Part shown: positions 21,691 to 27,289 of the stretch, in pieces
Layout of the letters: every line of letters starts with the position of its first letter
How positions within the stretch are numbered: position 1 is the first letter of the stretch
NCBI GenBank assembly: GCA_035287145.1
Contig: DATEBX010000013.1
Span: 1-32,174 of the forward strand
From: Patescibacteria group bacterium
GTDB taxonomy: Bacteria; Patescibacteriota; UBA1384
Length of the DNA: 32,174 nucleotides
Reading direction: 5' to 3'
Made by a program: the position numbers and the translations under genes
The notes under the pieces: generated by a model
The model's input: the letters and a program-made list of their open reading frames with translations, nothing else
Databases searched by the model: none
Told to the model about the DNA's origin: nothing

Positions 21691-21860
21691 TAACCTTCCC
21701 TCTGCGTGCTACTACGCAGGAGGTGCTACTTAACAAACAATTCATTTTTGGCTTTTGGGAGCAAGCCAGAAACAGAAAGGGAGCGAAGAACACAGAGCAC
21801 AGAGCACCAATTACTACCCCGGCTTCCGCCGGAAAACCCGCCGTACAAGGAGTGAGTGTA

Positions 21861-22895
21861 GTGGAACGTCTACGTCTAGAAGGGCGACCGGTAACACTCT
21901 TCACCGGCCAATGGGCCGATCTCCCTCTCGACCAGTTGGCCGCAAAGGCCGCAAACTGGGGGTATTGTGGCCTTGAGCTGGCCTGCTGGGGCGATCACTT
22001 TGACGTTGTCAAGGCTCTTGCGGAGCCCGGCTATGTCAAAGCTCACCGCAGGTTGCTCGATAGTCACGGCCTTAGGTGCTGGGCGATCGGGGCGCATCTT
22101 GTCGGCCAGGCAGTTTGTGACCCCATCGACGCGCGTCACCGGGGGATCCTGCCACCCGAGGTGTGGTATAATGGCGATCCTGAAGGTGTTCGGGAGCGGG
22201 CAGCCAAGCGCATGAAGGACACGGCTCGCGCCGCCGCGGCCCTCGGTGTTACCCAGGTGAACGGCTTCACCGGCTCGAGCATCTGGCACATGCTCTACTC
22301 GTTCCCTCCGAACGACCCGGAAGAGATCGAGCGCGGCTACCAGGACTTTGCCGAGCGCTGGGGGCCGATCATTGACGTCTTCGATGCGGAGGGTGTCCGC
22401 TTCGGGCTCGAAGTGCACCCGACGGAGATCGCCTATGACTTCGTCACGACCTGCAAGACGCTCGTTGCCATCGACAACCGTGCGGGCTTCGGAATCAACC
22501 TCGACCCGAGCCACTTCGCTCACCAGTCCCTGGACCCTGCGCTGTTCGCACTCGAGTTCGCTGACCGCATCTACCACGTACACGTCAAGGACTCGTGCAA
22601 GGACCTCGATGGGCGCAAGTCGATTCTAGGTGGTCATCTCAATTTCGGCCACCTGCAGCGTGGCTGGGACTTTGTCTCACCAGGCCACGGCGACGTGGAC
22701 TTCGAGGGGCTCTTCCGCGCACTCAACCGGATTGGCTACGCGGGTCCGCTCTCGGTCGAGTGGGAGGACTCTGGCATGGACCGTGAGTGGGGGGCACAAG
22801 ATGCACTTGCGTTCGTGGGCCGAACGGACTTCGCGCCGTCCAGCGTCGCCTTCGACGCGGCTTTCGACCAGAAAGAACAGCCGACCGACCAGTAG
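21861..22895 (+). CDS. Sugar phosphate isomerase/epimerase, xylose-isomerase-like TIM barrel (AP endonuclease 2 superfamily)
   Basis: [70 protein letters not shown] are typical of this family. The ORF is open from 21723, but GTG 21861 follows AAGGAG (21847-21852), and the GC3-rich part begins there. Strongly GC3-rich. Confidence 0.8.
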   Translation: MERLRLEGRPVTLFTGQWADLPLDQLAAKAANWGYCGLELACWGDHFDVVKALAEPGYVKAHRRLLDSHGLRCWAIGAHLVGQAVCDPIDARHRGILPPEVWYNGDPEGVRERAAKRMKDTARAAAALGVTQVNGFTGSSIWHMLYSFPPNDPEEIERGYQDFAERWGPIIDVFDAEGVRFGLEVHPTEIAYDFVTTCKTLVAIDNRAGFGINLDPSHFAHQSLDPALFALEFADRIYHVHVKDSCKDLDGRKSILGGHLNFGHLQRGWDFVSPGHGDVDFEGLFRALNRIGYAGPLSVEWEDSGMDREWGAQDALAFVGRTDFAPSSVAFDAAFDQKEQPTDQ

Positions 22896-22950
22896 CGCCC
22901 TATCGCTGGTCAAGACCCACAGTTTCTGGCGGATAAAACCGCTGGCGCAT

Positions 22951-22984
22951 ACGACCTCTGCCATCTTGGCGGGGGTCGTTTTTT
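22951..22984 (+). terminator. Intrinsic terminator of the TIM-barrel gene
   Basis: 12-bp stem (22951-22962 with 22968-22979, two G-U pairs), 5-nt loop, TTTTT at 22980-22984. Confidence 0.75.
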
Positions 22985-23001
22985 AGTAGAATGAACCCGC
23001 A

Positions 23002-23032
23002 AAAGTACACCTCGTAGGTGTCCTTTTTGGTT
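23002..23032 (+). repeat. H-family repeat H4
   Basis: aaagtacacctcgtaggtgtcctttttggtt is identical to 13345-13375. Confidence 0.9.
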
Positions 23033-23058
23033 AAAAACGCCCCTATCTGGAGTGCTGG

Positions 23059-23138
23059 ATTCGAGTGTTGATTCGCCCGCCTAGACTCGGCGAGGCTGGT
23101 TAGGCGAGGCTGGCGACTAATTCGCGCGAATTCGAGTG
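23059..23138 (+). promoter_or_regulatory. Two ATTCGAGTG boxes plus a 14-bp tandem (ggcgaggctgg-tta-ggcgaggctgg) upstream of mreB
   Basis: Exact 9-mers at 23059-23067 and 23130-23138. The tandem lies at 23089-23113. Confidence 0.3.
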
Positions 23139-23154
23139 ATGGTGTGCTCTTGTC

Positions 23155-23184
23155 TTGTCGCCACGCCTGCGCTACGGTTATAAT
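23155..23184 (+). promoter_or_regulatory. Candidate mreB promoter (TTGTCG-18-TATAAT)
   Basis: TATAAT at 23179-23184 and TTGTCG at 23155-23160. The ATG at 23240 is about 50 nt downstream. Confidence 0.45.
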
Positions 23185-23239
23185 AGGGTTTCGGGGGAGG
23201 GCTTTTCTTTGTGGCATAAGCATACAAGGGCACTAAATT

Positions 23240-24289
23240 ATGGTATTTAACAGATTTTTTCGCACATTTAGCCACGATATCGGCATTGACTTGGGTACGG
23301 CCAATACTCTTGTGTACGTTCGTGGCCGCGGCGTGGTCATCAACGAACCCTCCGTAGTTGCTATTAATAAGAATACTAAACAAATTCTTGCCATCGGCGA
23401 GGAAGCCAAGGAAATGGTCGGACGGACGCCGGCGCACATTGTCGCTGTTCGCCCGCTGGTCGACGGCGTGGTGAGCGATTTTGAAGTTACCGAACAGCTT
23501 CTCAAATATTTTATCAGCCGTGTCCACCACGAACGTTTTGTTTTTTTCCCGCGCCCGAGAGTTGTCATCGGCATCCCCTACGGCGTAACTGAAGTTGAAC
23601 GGCGGGCAGTCGAGGAAGCCACCACCAACGCCGGCGCGCGCGAAGTTTATTTAATAGAAGAGCCGATGGCGGCGGCAATTGGCGCTAGATTGGCGGTGCA
23701 GGACGCGAGAGGAACGATGATTGTTGATATCGGCGGCGGCACCACCGAAGTGGCGGTCATATCGCTCGGCGGCATTGTTTCCAGCCGCTCCCTGCGCATA
23801 GCCGGCGATGAGCTGAACCAGGACATCATTAACTTTGCCCGCGACCAATACAACCTGCTTTTAGGAGAGCGCACGGCGGAGGAAATCAAGATTGCTGTCG
23901 GTTCGGCATTACCGCTCGGCAAACCGCTAACTACCCCCATGCGCGGCCGCGACCTCATCACCGGTTTGCCTAAAGAAATTATTATTGACGACGAGCAAAT
24001 CCGCCGCGCTATGGGCAAATCGGTACATTCTTTAGTGGATGCCATGCGCGTGACCATCGAAGAATCGCCGCCGGAGCTGGTGGCGGATATTCTAACGCAG
24101 GGGATTATGTTGGCCGGCGGCGGCGCGCTCCTGCGCGGCTTCGACCGTTTGGTGGCGGATGCGACCGGTATGAAAGTTCACATTGCCGACGATCCCCTGA
24201 CTTGCGTCGTCCGCGGCACCGGCGTGGTCCTGGAGGATTTGGACGACCTGCGCGGCGTCCTCCTCCCCACCGAATATGTCCGCCCCTAG
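23240..24289 (+). CDS. mreB: Rod shape-determining protein MreB
   Basis: DIGIDLGTANTLVYV, VIGIPYGVTEVERRA, IVDIGGGTTEVAVISLGG, MLAGGGALLRGFD. Confidence 0.95.
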   Translation: MVFNRFFRTFSHDIGIDLGTANTLVYVRGRGVVINEPSVVAINKNTKQILAIGEEAKEMVGRTPAHIVAVRPLVDGVVSDFEVTEQLLKYFISRVHHERFVFFPRPRVVIGIPYGVTEVERRAVEEATTNAGAREVYLIEEPMAAAIGARLAVQDARGTMIVDIGGGTTEVAVISLGGIVSSRSLRIAGDELNQDIINFARDQYNLLLGERTAEEIKIAVGSALPLGKPLTTPMRGRDLITGLPKEIIIDDEQIRRAMGKSVHSLVDAMRVTIEESPPELVADILTQGIMLAGGGALLRGFDRLVADATGMKVHIADDPLTCVVRGTGVVLEDLDDLRGVLLPTEYVRP

Positions 24290-24296
24290 GTATCCA

Positions 24297-24337
24297 GCGT
24301 CATTGCGAGGGGCCCCATTGGGGCCCGAAGCAATCTC
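24297..24337 (+). repeat. C-family repeat C2 (gcgtcattgcgaggggccccattggggcccgaagcaatctc)
   Basis: GTCATTGC starts 9 nt after the mreB stop codon. Stem ATTGC/GCAAT and inner ggcccc-att-ggggcc. Confidence 0.85.
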
Positions 24338-24444
24338 TTAACGTTCACGCTAAAGCGTGGCCTACGGGAATCGTAGAACAAGCTTCCCTGTCCAGCGAAG
24401 CTCGAAGAGCGAAGTTGGAAACTTGTCGGAATATGCCATCCAGG

Positions 24445-24473
24445 TTGACAAACCTGTTGCAATCTGCTATCAT
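24445..24473 (+). promoter_or_regulatory. Near-consensus sigma70 promoter (TTGACA-17-TATCAT) of the orphan gene
   Basis: TTGACA at 24445-24450, 17-nt spacer, TATCAT at 24468-24473. Confidence 0.6.
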
Positions 24474-24560
24474 CTGGTTGTTCAGATGTCCCTTGATAAC
24501 CAGGTCCCGCTTGGCGGGACATAGATGCTGGCGAGCATATACGCAAGGAGGCGACAGCTG

Positions 24561-25481
24561 ATGACCAGTCAGACTGCGTCAAAGGTAACAGATAGACAGA
24601 TACTGGAAATGAAGAGGCAGTTGGAGGTTGTGGCCTACCGCTACCTCTCCCTCGAGAGTGCACAGATGATCATCGAGCGGGGCGACGTATTCCAGTCCCG
24701 GCTTGGCGATCTCTTACGCGAACTCGGTGGCATGTTCCCGAATCAGTACGAGAGTGAGCGCGTTGACCGGACCCTCGACAACCCCGCGGGCTGGTCAGTT
24801 CCGTCCTTCGACGAACAGCGTGCGCGCACCGCCAAACTGTTCCCCGATCTGGTTTTGCCCGAGACCCCCACACGGGACATTGTTGTCCCCAACGGTTGGG
24901 ACGGCGTCTGGTGGTTCCCGCCTAAGATTGCGGCCATCGGCCGCATCTGCGGAGTAGCCGACTGCTACATCGCGGACTATGGCACAGTCGTGAAGCACCT
25001 GCTCACCCTCATCAAGAAGCAGCGTGCCTTCATCAACTACCGCACCCTAAACGGCGACCAACTGACGGCGGAGTACGTCCGCATCAATGAGAACGTGCGC
25101 GGCCGCATCCAGATGCTGGAGGCCGCCACCGGCGGCGACTTCCTGCCGCCAATGCCGATAACATTCGGCCAATTCTACGGGGGCTTCTCGCCCCGCAATG
25201 CCCGCGAAACGGCCATCCGTCGGCAGGAGCTACCGTTCTGCACTGCCCAGGTCGGCTCGCTGCTGGCCGTCATGCCTGAACGCCTCGCCGCTCACGACCT
25301 CTGGATTGATATCCCCGCCGATGAGTACCACTGGGGCGGTGACAACCTCTGGGCGCACTCGCTGTATTTCTACTTCGGTGACGGCGGGTTGATGATGTTC
25401 GATTCCGGTGGTGCTGCCGATGCCGCTGGCCGCTGTGGCTCGGCTGTCGGTCTCCCGGGAGTGTCGGAGTTCGCCTCCTAG
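24561..25481 (+). CDS. Hypothetical protein, 306 aa, no recognisable family; GC3-rich foreign-looking gene between mreB and mreC
   Basis: AAGGAGG at 24545-24551, then ATG at 24561 (the ORF is open from 24525). Coherent GC3 codon bias (TTC, AAG, GAC, TAC). Own promoter and terminator. Confidence 0.7.
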   Translation: MTSQTASKVTDRQILEMKRQLEVVAYRYLSLESAQMIIERGDVFQSRLGDLLRELGGMFPNQYESERVDRTLDNPAGWSVPSFDEQRARTAKLFPDLVLPETPTRDIVVPNGWDGVWWFPPKIAAIGRICGVADCYIADYGTVVKHLLTLIKKQRAFINYRTLNGDQLTAEYVRINENVRGRIQMLEAATGGDFLPPMPITFGQFYGGFSPRNARETAIRRQELPFCTAQVGSLLAVMPERLAAHDLWIDIPADEYHWGGDNLWAHSLYFYFGDGGLMMFDSGGAADAAGRCGSAVGLPGVSEFAS

Positions 25482-25518
25482 GCGACTCGGTACTTTCGGT
25501 CTTTCGACCTCTCGACAT

Positions 25519-25552
25519 GGGGGCGAGCTTTGCTCGCCCCCGAAACTTTTTT
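25519..25552 (+). terminator. Intrinsic terminator of the orphan gene
   Basis: 10-bp stem gggggcgagc/gctcgccccc with loop ttt, then gaaacTTTTTT. Confidence 0.7.
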
Positions 25553-25620
25553 ACAAAATATCAAAATTGTCTTTATAAAAAATACTCGCCAGAACCTTTA
25601 TAAAAAGGGCTCATGACAAA

Positions 25621-25658
25621 GGGGACGGTTCTCTTTTACCCTTAACATTCGGCTTTTT
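25621..25658 (+). repeat. R-family repeat, solo copy R4
   Basis: ggggacggttctcttttacccttaacattcggcttttt. The first 22 nt are identical to R1 and R3. No tandem units. Confidence 0.85.
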
Positions 25659-25686
25659 GAATTAAACTCCACACAGCTTACATATT

Positions 25687-25786
25687 CACCCCACCAACCC
25701 CGCCTCGACCGACTTCGAGTCGGGCGGGCTCCCCCTCTTAGTAAGCCTGTCCCGAGTCACACCGAGGGAGGGGAGCTGGTGGGGTG
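25687..25786 (+). other. About 100-nt three-helix structured element (candidate ncRNA or structured repeat)
   Basis: Closing helix caccccacca (25687-25696) with tggtggggtg (25777-25786), 10 bp perfect. Internal helices cccgcc(tcga)/(tcga..)ggcggg and gctccccctc/gagggaggggagc. Confidence 0.4.
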
Positions 25787-25960
25787 GTATTCGCCTGCAG
25801 GATACTTTGTATGCCCAAACTCTAAAATCTGAACCTGCAAATTGCACACTTCGGAAGTGTGCAGAGCGGTTTACCTATTCTCGTGTTCTATTCGAGCGTA
25901 ATAAGCCCGACAGAACACGGCTCTTTATCGAGGCGGGCCGCGCCCACGATCGTAACCGCT

Positions 25961-25978
25961 CGGGGCTCGCAATGACAC
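25961..25978 (-). repeat. C-family repeat, partial copy C4 (reverse orientation)
   Basis: cggggctcgcaatgacac matches the same segment of C3 (4457-4474). Confidence 0.7.
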
Positions 25979-26047
25979 AAGGGGTATTTTAGTTCACGCA
26001 ATTAAGGTCTCTTGCAAGTTGCGGCACGCGACTTTAAACTAATACCT

Positions 26048-26821
26048 ATGTGGCGACGGCTTATTAACCCATTTATCTGGATTGCCTTAACGGCTCTGCT
26101 CGGTCTCTGGCCATTGAGCCGGTCTTGGTGGCAAAGGTCGGTTGGCCAGTCGGCTTACATTGTTGGCGCCGCCGGCCAGCTTGGGAGCGACAAGGTATCC
26201 GCCCTTGCCCGTTTGACCTCGCTTGATACGGAAAACAAACAACTGCGCGAGGAGAACCAGCGGCTGCAATCGGAGCTGGCGCATCTCAAGGAAGTCGAAA
26301 AGGAAAACACCGCACTTAAAAAGGAAGCCGGCGCCGAGCCGTCGGTGCGCGGATACCGTCCCATAACAGCTCGGGTAATAGGACATACGCCCGTGAACTA
26401 TCTTCAAACGATGATTATCGACCGAGGCGAGCGTGATGGCTTACAAAAAGGACAAACCGTCGTCGCGCAGGGTTATTTGGTGGGACAAATTGTATCAACA
26501 ACGCAGACCACGAGCCAAGTTAGCGTAGTAATCAACGGCCAGCTGACACTGCCGGTCATATTGCAAGATTCGCGCGGCACCGGCGTCGTCAGGGGCGGTT
26601 TGGACGGTTTGCTCGTGAGCGATATTCCTCTGGACGCCGCTATCAAAGAAAGCGAAATGGTCATCACGCAAGATGTCGGTAATTTCATTATCCCCGATAT
26701 CGCAGTGGGTACCGTGCGGCGAGTGATTCGCCATCAGGGCGACATCTTCCAGCAGGTACTTGCCGACTCCCCCCTCAATTTTTCCCGCCTCGAAGTCGTT
26801 ATTGTGTTAATAAAAGAATAA
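26048..26821 (+). CDS. mreC: Rod shape-determining protein MreC
   Basis: N-terminal TM, coiled coil (ENKQLREENQRLQSELAHLKEVEKEN), MreC beta domains (GQTVVAQGYLVGQIVS). The ORF is open from TTG 26012. ATG 26048 was chosen as the start. Confidence 0.85.
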   Translation: MWRRLINPFIWIALTALLGLWPLSRSWWQRSVGQSAYIVGAAGQLGSDKVSALARLTSLDTENKQLREENQRLQSELAHLKEVEKENTALKKEAGAEPSVRGYRPITARVIGHTPVNYLQTMIIDRGERDGLQKGQTVVAQGYLVGQIVSTTQTTSQVSVVINGQLTLPVILQDSRGTGVVRGGLDGLLVSDIPLDAAIKESEMVITQDVGNFIIPDIAVGTVRRVIRHQGDIFQQVLADSPLNFSRLEVVIVLIKE

Positions 26822-27289
26822 ATGCACCGTTCAATATATCTTTTGGGGCTTGTGGCAATATGGCTCGATATGGTCGCGGCGGCCTGGTGGCCACTATGGC
26901 TTATTCCTATTTGGCTGTGGGTCGGCATAGTAATTGCCGTCTATCATAAAAACACGAGCGCGCGTTGGCTCTGGCTACTTTCTTTTTCCGCATGGAGCTT
27001 ATTTGTCGCCTCGCCGTTAACAGTCCTGGCGCAACTTGTAATCTTTTTTCTTGGCGGCGAGGCGATGAACTTTATTTACAACCGTTATCTTCCCGTGAGC
27101 CATATTATCCTGTCAGCGGTTGTCAGCTTAGTCGCACTAAGCATAAACCAGCTACTATTTATGGCGGTGACGGGACAGGCCATCAGTTGGCCGCTGGTAG
27201 GTAGAGTTATTGTTACAACCATCATCTTAATTGTATACGGAATATTTTATGTGGCCCGTCAAAAAGTTTCGAAAAAACAATATCTTTGA
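26822..27289 (+). CDS. mreD: Rod shape-determining protein MreD
   Basis: 155-aa polytopic membrane protein starting 1 nt after the mreC stop codon, in the canonical mreC-mreD-mrdA position. Confidence 0.7.
   Translation: MHRSIYLLGLVAIWLDMVAAAWWPLWLIPIWLWVGIVIAVYHKNTSARWLWLLSFSAWSLFVASPLTVLAQLVIFFLGGEAMNFIYNRYLPVSHIILSAVVSLVALSINQLLFMAVTGQAISWPLVGRVIVTTIILIVYGIFYVARQKVSKKQYL

Noticed and set aside
21876-22583. 235-aa minus-strand ORF inside the TIM-barrel gene, along with several other overlapping frames at 21967-22986
   Set aside because: Long stop-free alternative frames are expected in GC3-rich DNA. Only the plus frame starting at 21861 shows family motifs.
25687-25786. Known housekeeping ncRNA (SRP RNA, 6S, RNase P, tmRNA) in the structured intergenic regions
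   Set aside because: I could not find the diagnostic sequence blocks. There is no GGAAGCAGCC-type SRP domain IV, no GAGGAAAGUCC for RNase P, and no tRNA-like end plus tag ORF for tmRNA. The element is kept only as an unclassified structure.
26012-26047. TTG 26012 as the mreC start, and TTG 27231 as the mrdA start
   Set aside because: These are not excluded, but the first ATGs (26048 and 27249) give N-termini of more typical length before the TM segment. Neither option has a strong Shine-Dalgarno sequence, so the starts remain uncertain.
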